Source: a virus. From it: a stretch of 64,000 nt of DNA. Below are positions 46,256-55,464 of this stretch, piece after piece. The stretch is taken from IMG/VR virus record IMGVR_UViG_3300029122_000292; one strand, written 5' to 3'. Made by a program: the position numbers and the translations under genes. A model generated the notes under the pieces. The model was not told the DNA's origin, made no database searches, and saw only the letters and a list, made by a program, of their open reading frames with translations. Position 1 is the stretch's first letter. Each line of letters starts with the position of its first letter.

Positions 46256-47359
46256 ATGAAAGTTGTTGAAAGCGCAAGCAATCTGTTCCTGTATGGCGAC
46301 GATATGAAGGCGTATGACAAGATCCCGGCGGGTACCTATGATATCCACTGTTCTGAGATGACCGGTTTCTATCTGTCCCGCCGCCCTGATATGGTCATCA
46401 ACGAAAAGGTGTATGGTGTCCAGAGTGGCAAGGTTGCCAAAGTGCTGAATTCGTTCAAAGCGTTCAATCGTAACTTGGGTGTCATCCTCAGCGGCAATAA
46501 AGGCATCGGCAAATCTCTGACCGCTAAGATGATTGCAATCGAGGCTATTAAGCAGGGCTATCCTGTCATTCTGGCTAACCGCTATATCGGCGGTATCGCA
46601 AATTTCATCGAATCCATCAATCAGGAAGTTATGATCCTGTTTGACGAGTTTGATAAGACCTTCAAGTCCCGGGACAATGAAAATCCGCAGGATACGATGC
46701 TGAGTCTGTTCGATGGCACCAGCGCGGGCAAAAAGCTCTTCGTTGTCACCTGTAACCAGCTCAATGGCCTGAACGATTATCTGGTCAACCGTCCCGGCCG
46801 CTTCCACTATCACTTCCGCTTCGATTATCCGGGCGCTGACGAGGTAGAAACCTATCTCAAAGATAAGCTCGAAGAGAAGTATTACGATCAGATCCCAGCT
46901 GTGGTCGATTTTTCTGGCAAGATCGATCTGAACTACGACTGCCTGCGGTCTATTGCTTTTGAACTGAATCTTGGCACTCCATTCGCAGAAGCCATCAAGG
47001 ATCTGAATATCATCAATATGAACGAGACCAGCTACAAGATCACTGTTTTATTCAAGGATGGTTACCGTACGTCCTGCACCAAGCGTTTTGATATGTTCAA
47101 TGGTGCACAGCGTATCTATTTTGAGATCAAACTGAAGGATGGCTTCTGGCCTGATTGCTACATCAACACCGAGGATATCCAGTATAACCCCGCCAACGGC
47201 GAGCAGTTCATTGATGGCAAGAAGGTTGATGTGGTCAATCCGTATTCTAAGAACGTAGAGGATGAAAAAGATCGCTATGAAGCCTTTGAAAAGGATAATG
47301 GCGTGGCCAAGGTCATCATTTCTCGTGCTCGTGAAAGAGACATTCACTACATGGTCTAA
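46256..47359 (+). CDS. classic AAA-family ATPase (367 aa)
   Basis: Walker A GNKGIGKS, Walker B ILFDEFD, sensor-2-like NRPGRFHYHF. Confidence 0.75.
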   Translation: MKVVESASNLFLYGDDMKAYDKIPAGTYDIHCSEMTGFYLSRRPDMVINEKVYGVQSGKVAKVLNSFKAFNRNLGVILSGNKGIGKSLTAKMIAIEAIKQGYPVILANRYIGGIANFIESINQEVMILFDEFDKTFKSRDNENPQDTMLSLFDGTSAGKKLFVVTCNQLNGLNDYLVNRPGRFHYHFRFDYPGADEVETYLKDKLEEKYYDQIPAVVDFSGKIDLNYDCLRSIAFELNLGTPFAEAIKDLNIINMNETSYKITVLFKDGYRTSCTKRFDMFNGAQRIYFEIKLKDGFWPDCYINTEDIQYNPANGEQFIDGKKVDVVNPYSKNVEDEKDRYEAFEKDNGVAKVIISRARERDIHYMV

Positions 47360-47370
47360 GGAGGCTCAAT

Positions 47371-48198
47371 ATGGTCAAAGCAAATTATTATGAAATCAGT
47401 TCTTTCCCTGATGGCACTCCGCTGATTAAGAAGGATAAAGCTATCAATTATCTCAATGCGATCAATATCGTTTGGACGTTTGAATCCATGGCAGAGCTCC
47501 CCACAGTCATTATGATCGCAAAGGACGCAAAGGATAACGGGGCAGAAGTCGAGCTGTTTATGCCGTATATTCCGAACGCTCGTATGGATCGCGTTCATAG
47601 TGACGAGGATGTGTTTACTCTCAAGTGGTTCGCAGAGGAGATCAATCGATGTGGGTTCAGCTGCGTCAACGTGTTCGATCCCCACAGTGATGTGGCTCCC
47701 GCATTGATCAATCGTTGCGAGGTACATACTCCGATTCGTGAAATCTGTCAGGCAATCGAGGAAAGCAAGCCTGATGTGGTCTATTTCCCAGATGCCGGCG
47801 CAATGAAACGGTACGAAGGAACTGTTCACTGGGCACTCGATCGTGTCGGTTGTAAGGCTTATATCATTCACGGAGACAAGAAGCGTGACTGGAAGACCGG
47901 AAAGATTCTCGGCTTGGATGTCACCGGTTATCCTCCAAAGGGTGGCAAGGTTCTGATGATTGACGATATTTGTTCTTACGGTGGCACTATGTTCTATTCG
48001 GCCAAGAAGCTGAAGGAACTGGGTGCTGGTGATATCGATATGTATATCAGCCACTGCGAGAACAGTATTCTGGATTCTGAGCGCGGCCATCTGTTTGATA
48101 ACCCGGATCTGATTCATATGGTCTATACCACGGACAGTATCTTCACTGGCCATCACGACAAGGTCACTGTATTAGAGCATCATTGGGATGAGGACTGA
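47371..48198 (+). CDS. prs: ribose-phosphate pyrophosphokinase (PRPP synthetase) family; either Prs or the Prs-like ADPR-PP synthetase (Adps) of phage NAD+ reconstitution pathways
   Basis: Type-I PRTase/PRPP-binding loop KVLMIDDICSYGGTM; size and layout of Prs. Confidence 0.7.
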   Translation: MVKANYYEISSFPDGTPLIKKDKAINYLNAINIVWTFESMAELPTVIMIAKDAKDNGAEVELFMPYIPNARMDRVHSDEDVFTLKWFAEEINRCGFSCVNVFDPHSDVAPALINRCEVHTPIREICQAIEESKPDVVYFPDAGAMKRYEGTVHWALDRVGCKAYIIHGDKKRDWKTGKILGLDVTGYPPKGGKVLMIDDICSYGGTMFYSAKKLKELGAGDIDMYISHCENSILDSERGHLFDNPDLIHMVYTTDSIFTGHHDKVTVLEHHWDED

Positions 48199-48490
48199 TA
48201 TGAAATTTAACAAAGAAGAAGTCTATAACGCTCTTGATATTCTGACTTGTCAAATCCAAGAGTCTGACGAGGTCGGATGGTGTTGTAAGCAGGAACTGAA
48301 AAATGTCCTTGACGATTACTTCAATTGAATCGAAAGCAAGAAAGTCGTAGTCGATCCAAAATATGAAAGCTATAGATGCCCAAAGTGTAATACAACGTTA
48401 ATTGGTCAATATGATCACTACTGCAGACAATGTGGTCAAAAATTGGACTGGAGGATTAACGATAAAAGTTAAGATTTAAGGAGAATTGGC

Positions 48491-48667
48491 ATGAATTACT
48501 TTGAGTATGAAAAATTCGATATCTCTGACAAAGCAGCGAAGGTGGCGGAGTGGCTCAGGGAGCACGGTGATGATTTTATCACCATTGAAGGGTTGAATCT
48601 TAACTCAAGTGGTTTGGCTGACAATCTTGAAACGTTGGCGTATGTCCTTCGTGGTAGAGTTGAATAA
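48491..48667 (+). CDS. small protein (58 aa)
   Basis: AAGGAGAATTGGCATG; ORF below the track cutoff. Confidence 0.4.
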   Translation: MNYFEYEKFDISDKAAKVAEWLREHGDDFITIEGLNLNSSGLADNLETLAYVLRGRVE

Positions 48668-48695
48668 AAGCTGAGATTTAAGGAGAGGATTTGAA

Positions 48696-50174
48696 ATGAT
48701 CAACATTAACCCAATGCTGCTGTGCGATTTCTATAAAACAACGCACAGTAAGCAGTTCCCGGCTGGCACTACTAAGCTGGTTAGTTATTTCACTCCGCGC
48801 ATGAGCCGTCTGGATGGCGTGGATGAAGTCGTTGTGTTTGGTGTTCAGGCGTTCTGCAAGAATTATCTGCAGAATTATTTTAAACGTTGGTTTTTTGATT
48901 TCCCAAAGGAGTGGGTTGTCTCAAATTATCAGCGTGTCCTGGACGCAACCATTGGCAAGGACGCTTATGATATCGATAAGATTGCTGCCCTGCATGACCT
49001 GGGCTATCTTCCTGTCGAGATCAAGGCGCTGCCAGAAGGCACTCGTTGCCCCATCCATGTGCCGTTCCTTGAGATGAGCAATACACATCCTGATTTCGCA
49101 TGGGTTCCGCAGTTCCTCGAATCTTTTATGAGTTCTGAGCTGTGGCATCCGATGATTTCTGCAACGGTCGGAACTCTGTATCGCGATATCGTGGACAAGT
49201 ATTACGATGAAACCGTGGATGATGGCGTACCGCATGCTCGTGCTCTAGGCGATTTCAGTTTCCGTGGTCAGGAGTGTATGCAGTCGGCAGTTAAGTCAAG
49301 CGCCGGTTGGTGTCTGAGTTTTCTGAATACGGCTACTGTCCCTGCGATTCCGTATCTGGAAGAAATGTATCGCTGCAATTGTGAAGAAGAGCCTGTTGCG
49401 TTTGGCGCTGTTAGCACCGAGCATAGTGTGATGTGTTCTAACTTCGCTGTCGATGGTGACGAGATTACTTTCATCCGCCGGGCACTGACTGAGCTGTATC
49501 CCAATATGAGCTTCAGCATGGTATCTGATTCCTACGACTATTGGAATCTAGTCGATAATATCCTGCCGCAGCTCAAGGATGAAATTATGGCGCACAACGG
49601 TACGATGCTGATTCGTGGCGACTCTGGTGATCCGGTCGAAATCGTCACGCAGACCGTCTATCATCTGTGGAATATCTTCGGTGGCACGGTCAACAGCAAG
49701 GGTTATAAGGTGCTCGACCCTCATGTAAAGGCTCTGTATGGCGATTCCATCACTGTGCAGCGCTGTGAAAAGATTTATGCCGAACTCAAAGCACATGGTT
49801 TCGCCTGCAACAATGTCAGTCTTGGCGTTGGTTCGTTCTCCATGCAGTGCATCGAGCAGAATGGTCAGTTGAAGCCGTTTACTCGCGATACTTTTGGCAT
49901 GGCAGTTAAGGCAACTTATGGCGTTGTCAATGGCAAGGAGATTCAGATCTTCAAAGATCCCAAGACTGATACCGACCACTTCAAGAAGAGTCTGAAGGGC
50001 ATGTGTTATGTCACTAAGGATGATTCTGGAAAGCTGGTTTGTACTGATGGTCTGATGGATCATGCTGCTCATTCGGATGGCAATCTGTTGCAGCCCGTAT
50101 TCCGTAATGGCGTGATGGTCAAGGAATACAGTTTGAAGGAAGTTCGCGACCGGCTGTGGGAAGGAAAGTTCTAA
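48696..50174 (+). CDS. nadV: nicotinamide phosphoribosyltransferase family (NadV/NAMPT, or the NAMPT-like Namat)
   Basis: Extensive similarity to NAMPT: LLCDFYKTTHSKQFP, VSDSYDYWN, IRGDSGDP, NSKGYKVLDPHVKALYGDSI. Confidence 0.8.
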   Translation: MININPMLLCDFYKTTHSKQFPAGTTKLVSYFTPRMSRLDGVDEVVVFGVQAFCKNYLQNYFKRWFFDFPKEWVVSNYQRVLDATIGKDAYDIDKIAALHDLGYLPVEIKALPEGTRCPIHVPFLEMSNTHPDFAWVPQFLESFMSSELWHPMISATVGTLYRDIVDKYYDETVDDGVPHARALGDFSFRGQECMQSAVKSSAGWCLSFLNTATVPAIPYLEEMYRCNCEEEPVAFGAVSTEHSVMCSNFAVDGDEITFIRRALTELYPNMSFSMVSDSYDYWNLVDNILPQLKDEIMAHNGTMLIRGDSGDPVEIVTQTVYHLWNIFGGTVNSKGYKVLDPHVKALYGDSITVQRCEKIYAELKAHGFACNNVSLGVGSFSMQCIEQNGQLKPFTRDTFGMAVKATYGVVNGKEIQIFKDPKTDTDHFKKSLKGMCYVTKDDSGKLVCTDGLMDHAAHSDGNLLQPVFRNGVMVKEYSLKEVRDRLWEGKF

Positions 50175-50407
50175 TGAGTGGTTCAAGAACGTGGATGGGC
50201 GAACCAGAGCTATTATACTTCATTGTTGATGGCAAAGCAGTTGCGTGTGAGTATCGAAATGAAGCTAGAAAGCTTATTCAAAATGGATTTTTCAGGAAAT
50301 ATGGGTATGGCAATGTTATAGTTGTGAATCCTACTTTTGAAAAATTCAATCTAAATAGTCCGAGAGCAGCACAGTATTTTGCAATTAAAAATTTAGATAA
50401 GAGGTGA
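50174..50407 (+). CDS. hypothetical protein (77 aa)
   Basis: ORF 50156..50407 trimmed to ATG overlapping the nadV stop. Confidence 0.4.
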   Translation: MSGSRTWMGEPELLYFIVDGKAVACEYRNEARKLIQNGFFRKYGYGNVIVVNPTFEKFNLNSPRAAQYFAIKNLDKR

Positions 50408-50411
50408 GTTC

Positions 50412-50885
50412 ATGGCCATAATTATCAAAGAGGGCAACGTATTTGATTCCGATGCCGACATTATTTGCCATCAGGTGAATTGTCAGGGTGTAATGGGGTC
50501 AGGTGTTGCTAAAGAAGTTCGCGAGCGTTATCCAGATGTATATGCTCAGCATAAGTATCTATGTGATATAAATAAGGATTATTCTGCAGGATTACTTGGA
50601 AAGGCACAAATCATTTCGGCTGACAACGCATTTTCTCGATACATCGCTAATTGTTTCGGTCAGGATAAATACGGTTATGATGGTGCTCAGTATACTTCAG
50701 TTGGTGCATTGATGGAAGCTTTTGTCTATGTAGCGGAGATTGCACGAAAGAATCACTTAAAGGTCGCTATGCCGTATAAAATCGGTTGCGTTCGTGGTGG
50801 TGCTGACTGGGAGACCGTCAAGAAGATCATTGATGTTACATTTCAAGACGTAGATGTAGAACTGTGGAAACTGGAGGGTAAATAA
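50412..50885 (+). CDS. macro-domain protein (ADP-ribose binding / hydrolase)
   Basis: N-terminal IIKEGNVFDSDADIICHQVNCQGVMGSGVAKEV typical of macro domains. Confidence 0.7.
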   Translation: MAIIIKEGNVFDSDADIICHQVNCQGVMGSGVAKEVRERYPDVYAQHKYLCDINKDYSAGLLGKAQIISADNAFSRYIANCFGQDKYGYDGAQYTSVGALMEAFVYVAEIARKNHLKVAMPYKIGCVRGGADWETVKKIIDVTFQDVDVELWKLEGK

Positions 50886-50886
50886 T

Positions 50887-51651
50887 ATGCGTAAGTATGA
50901 ATTTGATGCAGCAAAGACAAAGGATGAAATCATTACGTGGATTCGGAATTATTTCCGAAAGAATGGCCCTGATTGCAATGCTGTGATTGGTATTTCTGGC
51001 GGCAAGGATTCAAGTATCGTCGCTGCTCTGTGCTGCGAGGCGCTTGGCAATGGCCGCGTGATCGGAGTTCTGATGCCGCAGGGTGTACAGGAAGATATCG
51101 ATGTGGCGCGGGAACTGGTTGCTCATCTAGGGATCAAGTCCTTCGAGATCAATATCGCCGAGACTGTGAATACGCTGTTAGCCAATGGACGGGCAGCGGG
51201 GCTGTGTGATTCAAAGCAGGCTCGTGTAAATCTGCCGGCACGAATCCGTATGGCAACCCTGTTCATGGTGTCTCAGAGTACGAATGGGCGAGTGGCTAAC
51301 ACTTGCAACGCTTCAGAAAATTTCGTCGGGTGGCAAACTGTGGGAGGGGATGGATTTGGCCAGTTCAGTCCTCTTAGTAAGCTGACTGTTACTGAGGTAA
51401 AATCCGTTGGTCGTGAGTTGGGTCTTCCTGAAAAGTTCATCGAGAAAGCACCTGCAGATGGGCTGACTGGCAAAACCGATGAAGATAATTTCGGGTTTAC
51501 TTATGAATTCCTTGACAAATATATCCGCACTGGTGAGTTTGGTGGCGATACCGCAACTGCAGCTAAGATCGATCGGATGCATGAGGCGAATTTGTTTAAG
51601 GATTTGCCGATGCCTACGTATGACCCATCCTTGTTTAATTGGTGGGGCTAA
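50887..51651 (+). CDS. nadE: NH3-dependent NAD+ synthetase
   Basis: PP-loop GISGGKDSS and overall NadE-like layout. Confidence 0.75.
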   Translation: MRKYEFDAAKTKDEIITWIRNYFRKNGPDCNAVIGISGGKDSSIVAALCCEALGNGRVIGVLMPQGVQEDIDVARELVAHLGIKSFEINIAETVNTLLANGRAAGLCDSKQARVNLPARIRMATLFMVSQSTNGRVANTCNASENFVGWQTVGGDGFGQFSPLSKLTVTEVKSVGRELGLPEKFIEKAPADGLTGKTDEDNFGFTYEFLDKYIRTGEFGGDTATAAKIDRMHEANLFKDLPMPTYDPSLFNWWG

Positions 51652-52058
51652 TGATTTGGATCGTACTGTTTTTAAGTATGATATGGCTTCATATTTATGA
51701 CGATTATCATACACAAGGGATTCTGGCGCAATTCAAACAGAAGAAATGGTGGAAAGAAAATTATCCACAGGATCTGTACAAACACGATTGGAGGATTGCT
51801 CTATACGAACATGCTTTTCAATGGTCGTTCACCACGATGCTCCCGCTGCTTGTGTATTCTATGTGGGCATGGAAAGAAACAGGTTTATATCATGGTTTGA
51901 TATGGTGGACTGGATTGCTTGTCATAAATACAAAGGTTCATGCTGAAATAGACAATGAAAAAGCAAATAATCTGACGATCAGTTTGTTTATAGATCAGAT
52001 TCTTCACATTCTTCAGATCGGATTTACGATTATACTTTTTATGATTGGAGTGAATTAA
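51651..52058 (+). CDS. membrane protein (135 aa)
   Basis: Hydrophobic helices; ATGA overlap with nadE stop. Confidence 0.5.
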   Translation: MIWIVLFLSMIWLHIYDDYHTQGILAQFKQKKWWKENYPQDLYKHDWRIALYEHAFQWSFTTMLPLLVYSMWAWKETGLYHGLIWWTGLLVINTKVHAEIDNEKANNLTISLFIDQILHILQIGFTIILFMIGVN

Positions 52059-52631
52059 ATGGAAAAGACAAAGGTTGATGTCTTGATTGTTGTCGATATG
52101 CAGAACGATTTTGTTACTGGCGCTCTTGGCACTCCTGAAGCTCAGGCCATTGTGCCAAAGGTCGTGGAGAAGATCAAGAACTGGAATGGTCCGGTATTCT
52201 ACACGATGGACACTCATGATGAAGACTATCTTAATACTCAGGAGGGCAAACATCTTCCCATTATTCATTGCGTTGAAGGAACAGACGGATGGAAGTTGAT
52301 AAACGAAATCGGAGATGGTTTTGTCACAGACTACGATCAAATCTATCATAAGAAAACGTTTGGTAGTTATGAGTTGTTCATTGATGCAACGTTAGACGAT
52401 AATCAAAAAATCTATCAGACGTTGTTTCCTGGGAATGTTAATTCCATCACTTTGATTGGGCTTTGCACAGATATTTGCGTGATTACAAATGCGTTGCTTT
52501 TGAAAACGGCAAAGCCTGAAGTTCCTATCATTGTGGATGCAAGCTGCTGTGCCGGTGTTACTCCTGAGTCTCACAAGAATGCTTTGGCAGCCATGAAGAT
52601 GTGCCAGATTGAGATTGTAAACGAGGAATAA
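52059..52631 (+). CDS. pncA: isochorismatase-family nicotinamidase (PncA-like)
   Basis: VVDMQNDF Asp motif, catalytic Cys in LIGLCTDICV, conserved Lys; 190 aa. Confidence 0.7.
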   Translation: MEKTKVDVLIVVDMQNDFVTGALGTPEAQAIVPKVVEKIKNWNGPVFYTMDTHDEDYLNTQEGKHLPIIHCVEGTDGWKLINEIGDGFVTDYDQIYHKKTFGSYELFIDATLDDNQKIYQTLFPGNVNSITLIGLCTDICVITNALLLKTAKPEVPIIVDASCCAGVTPESHKNALAAMKMCQIEIVNEE

Positions 52632-52632
52632 A

Positions 52633-52821
52633 ATGCACTACGTTAATGAAGATATTATTTTGAGTGCTGATGGAGCAAAACGACTCCGGTATCTTTTAAG
52701 CCATCCGGACGTAGAGAACACGCAAAAGAAGTTAAAGGAGTGTATGGACTCTCTCGCTGAAATGAACTATCGAGAAAATGAGGACGGCACTGCTTCTTTT
52801 GATATTGATATTGAGGTGTAA
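52633..52821 (+). CDS. hypothetical protein (62 aa)
   Basis: ORF track. Confidence 0.4.
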   Translation: MHYVNEDIILSADGAKRLRYLLSHPDVENTQKKLKECMDSLAEMNYRENEDGTASFDIDIEV

Positions 52822-52875
52822 TCAATGGAAGAAATTATGATTTTCGGTTAATTCACAGCGGATGCCAGGTGAGTA

Positions 52876-52900
52876 GCGGTACTGGGGCAGACATAACCGC
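52876..52900 (+). ncRNA. conserved hairpin element, copy 3 (stem GCGGU/ACCGC, loop ACUGGGGCAGACAUA)
   Basis: Third copy, 43 nt upstream of the 52943 gene. Confidence 0.45.
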
Positions 52901-52942
52901 CGCCAGAATAAAACAATAAAACATATAAAGGAGCAGACGAGT

Positions 52943-53143
52943 ATGAAAAGATTGGTCGTAACTGTAAATTGTATGGCTGTTTACAATAGTTTTATTGACG
53001 TTCCTGATAGTATGAATATTGATGAAGCCATTAAATATGCGAAAGAACATCTTTCTAATATCCCTATTACAAATGGGCTCGAATATGTTTCTGATAGTGA
53101 TGAATTGGATGAAGAAAATTGTGAGTTCGAAGATGTTGAGTAA
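52943..53143 (+). CDS. small acidic protein (66 aa)
   Basis: ORF track; AAAGGAGCAGACGAGTATG. Confidence 0.5.
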   Translation: MKRLVVTVNCMAVYNSFIDVPDSMNIDEAIKYAKEHLSNIPITNGLEYVSDSDELDEENCEFEDVE

Positions 53144-53173
53144 TGAAATCATGCTTTTGTTGGAGATGATCGT

Positions 53174-53437
53174 ATGATCCTTATTAATGAAATAGATATG
53201 AAAATTAAGATCCCCGGTGGATATTTCGTATGTCTGCCAACTGGAGCCACGGACGATTATCCGGGTCTTGGCATCTTTTTCTCTAAAGACGGGAAAACAG
53301 TTGATTGGAATGACCTGATTTCAATCACTGAATACAATTCTATATTTAAAAATATCCAAACGGTTGGCTTTCGGCAAGGGCAGGAAAACTATGTCGCCGC
53401 TATTCGTTTTGAAGATGGAAATATTATTGGAGAATGA
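53174..53437 (+). CDS. hypothetical protein (87 aa)
   Basis: ORF track. Confidence 0.45.
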   Translation: MILINEIDMKIKIPGGYFVCLPTGATDDYPGLGIFFSKDGKTVDWNDLISITEYNSIFKNIQTVGFRQGQENYVAAIRFEDGNIIGE

Positions 53438-53448
53438 GGTAGAGCAAA

Positions 53449-53703
53449 ATGAATAATACAAAAATAACAAGAATTGAAACACCGGTTGGAACTCTTCGCG
53501 TCGAAGTAGGAGAAACGAATCATTCGTATTATGTTTCGGTTTCGCTTGAACAAGATAATGGAGACATTGTAGATCTTACGGATAGTGAAATTGTTAAAGA
53601 AGACAATCATGCTGAAATCACTGTATGGGCAAATCCCACTACAGACGAATGGACGAAGCAGTATTTTATTTCAGAGAATGTTTTGAAAGGAAGTGCTATA
53701 TAA
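53449..53703 (+). CDS. hypothetical protein (84 aa)
   Basis: ORF track; GAGGTAGAGCAAAATG. Confidence 0.5.
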   Translation: MNNTKITRIETPVGTLRVEVGETNHSYYVSVSLEQDNGDIVDLTDSEIVKEDNHAEITVWANPTTDEWTKQYFISENVLKGSAI

Positions 53704-53704
53704 A

Positions 53705-54253
53705 GTGAACGCGGAAAACATCAAGAACGAAGCATATCAGCTGATTGATAAATATTTCATGCCAGCAAAGGCAATCATTGTGAAGGATTTCCTTAATACA
53801 TATGGATTTTGGGACGCTCCGGCTTCCACCAAATATCACGGTAACTATCCCGGCGGCTTGGCTGAGCACAGTCTGGCGGTTGCAAAAAATCTTTTGATGT
53901 TAACAGAGAAGCTTGGTTTGAAATGGGATAATCCCGGGTCTCCATTTATTGTTGGTCTGCTACATGATGTTTGTAAGATGGATCAATACAAGCTGATTGG
54001 CACAGAAAATGGTTATCAGTATGTTTATGCGAATGATTCGATCTACAGCCATCACGGTGAAAAGTCCATTTGTATGTTGGCGAGTTATATCACCCTTACC
54101 CAAGAGGAAATCGCTTGTATCCGCTGGCACATGGGCGCATATGAGACCGATACAAACGAGTGGAAGTATTATGGCAACGCCATTGCAAAATATCCAAACG
54201 TGCTCTGGACGCACACTGCGGACATGATGGCAAGTCATATCGAAGGAGTGTAA
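53705..54253 (+). CDS. HD-domain phosphohydrolase
   Basis: H...HD motif (LAEHSLAVAKN...GLLHDVCK); GTG start at 53705 after GAAAGGAAG (the ORF track uses GTG at 53693). Confidence 0.65.
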   Translation: MNAENIKNEAYQLIDKYFMPAKAIIVKDFLNTYGFWDAPASTKYHGNYPGGLAEHSLAVAKNLLMLTEKLGLKWDNPGSPFIVGLLHDVCKMDQYKLIGTENGYQYVYANDSIYSHHGEKSICMLASYITLTQEEIACIRWHMGAYETDTNEWKYYGNAIAKYPNVLWTHTADMMASHIEGV

Positions 54254-54255
54254 AT

Positions 54256-54504
54256 ATGCTTGCATATGGAGAACTTAGCTGTCAAAGATGTGGAATTACG
54301 TGGTATGGGCCCAAATGTGGAATGAAATATTGCAAAGAGTGTCGACGAATTGTCAATAGAGAAAAGGTTGCTCGTTGTAATCAGAAAAAGCGGGCAGAAA
54401 AAGAATCCAAAGACAAAACTCGTGAAGCATTTCTGGATATTGTAAGAAAGGCCGATGCAGAAGGATTATCTTATGGGCACTATTGTTTAAAGCATGGAAT
54501 TTGA
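54256..54504 (+). CDS. zinc-ribbon protein (82 aa)
   Basis: CQRCG...CGMKYCKEC; start trimmed to MLAYG after GGAGTG. Confidence 0.5.
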   Translation: MLAYGELSCQRCGITWYGPKCGMKYCKECRRIVNREKVARCNQKKRAEKESKDKTREAFLDIVRKADAEGLSYGHYCLKHGI

Positions 54505-54512
54505 GGTGTAGT

Positions 54513-54683
54513 ATGAAATATACGGTATATGCTTCTGCAATTAGATACTATGAGACTGTCATTGAGGCAGACTCAAAAGAAGAAGCGGAAAGAATCGCAA
54601 AAATCATGTATAACGAGAATGAAATGAACGATTATGAAGACGAATTGATGTCGATCGAAGTTGATGGAGAAAATGATGAATGA
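54513..54683 (+). CDS. small acidic protein (56 aa)
   Basis: ORF 54483..54683 trimmed to MKYTVYAS after GAGGTG. Confidence 0.4.
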   Translation: MKYTVYASAIRYYETVIEADSKEEAERIAKIMYNENEMNDYEDELMSIEVDGENDE

Positions 54684-54827
54684 CATTAATGATTTATATG
54701 ATGTGATTCAGTCTGGATTAGCTCTTGCTGGACTGTCAATTATAGATTTCGATAAAGATGGAATGATTGTCCGCGACAAAATCAAAGACAATGATTATCG
54801 AATCAAAATTACAGAAGAGGTTAACTG

Positions 54828-55160
54828 ATGAAGGTAAAAAGTACGACGGCAGATATTACATACGAAATGACCGAAGATCAAATTGAGGCAGCATATCGAT
54901 ATCAGGAATTCAAATATCGAGTTGAGGACGCAAAGGGCCACATTTACGACATGTTCAATTCATGCGACTGCGATGAAGAAGCGTTCAAAGAAGAGTATGG
55001 CGTTACTTACAGTGAAATTCTGAATTGCGCAGAAGATGTTGCGGAGCAGTTTTTAGACGATTATGATTGCAACATTCCAGAAAACGATGAGTTCGATTTT
55101 ATCATCTGGGATAAGATGCGACAGCTTTGTAAGGCAAAAGAGGCTGTTGATGCCAAATAA
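54828..55160 (+). CDS. hypothetical acidic protein (110 aa)
   Basis: ORF track. Confidence 0.5.
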   Translation: MKVKSTTADITYEMTEDQIEAAYRYQEFKYRVEDAKGHIYDMFNSCDCDEEAFKEEYGVTYSEILNCAEDVAEQFLDDYDCNIPENDEFDFIIWDKMRQLCKAKEAVDAK

Positions 55161-55464
55161 ATGGAGAAACGTGCGGCTTTCAGAGATTCAAGATCGTCGA
55201 GTAAAACTTACGAGCGAAAAGAAAACTGAAATTCTGCGCAAATATCAAACTGGTGGATATTCGCTTAGAAGTTTGGCTAGAGAATACAATGTGAGTCATA
55301 AAACAATCGCGTTGATTGTGAATCCAGAATCAAAAGCAAAAAACGATCAATACATAAAGGACCACTGGATGTTTTACGCTCTCGACTCAGAATCTCAAAG
55401 ATTGGCACATCAGCGTACAGAAGAATATAAAAAACGATTATATCAAAAAGGAGAATTAAAGTAA
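55153..55464 (+). CDS. helix-turn-helix protein (resolvase/terminase-small-like HTH) (103 aa)
   Basis: EILRKYQTGGYSLRSLAREYNVSHKTIALIV. Confidence 0.5.
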   Translation, partial: PNKWRNVRLSEIQDRRVKLTSEKKTEILRKYQTGGYSLRSLAREYNVSHKTIALIVNPESKAKNDQYIKDHWMFYALDSESQRLAHQRTEEYKKRLYQKGELK

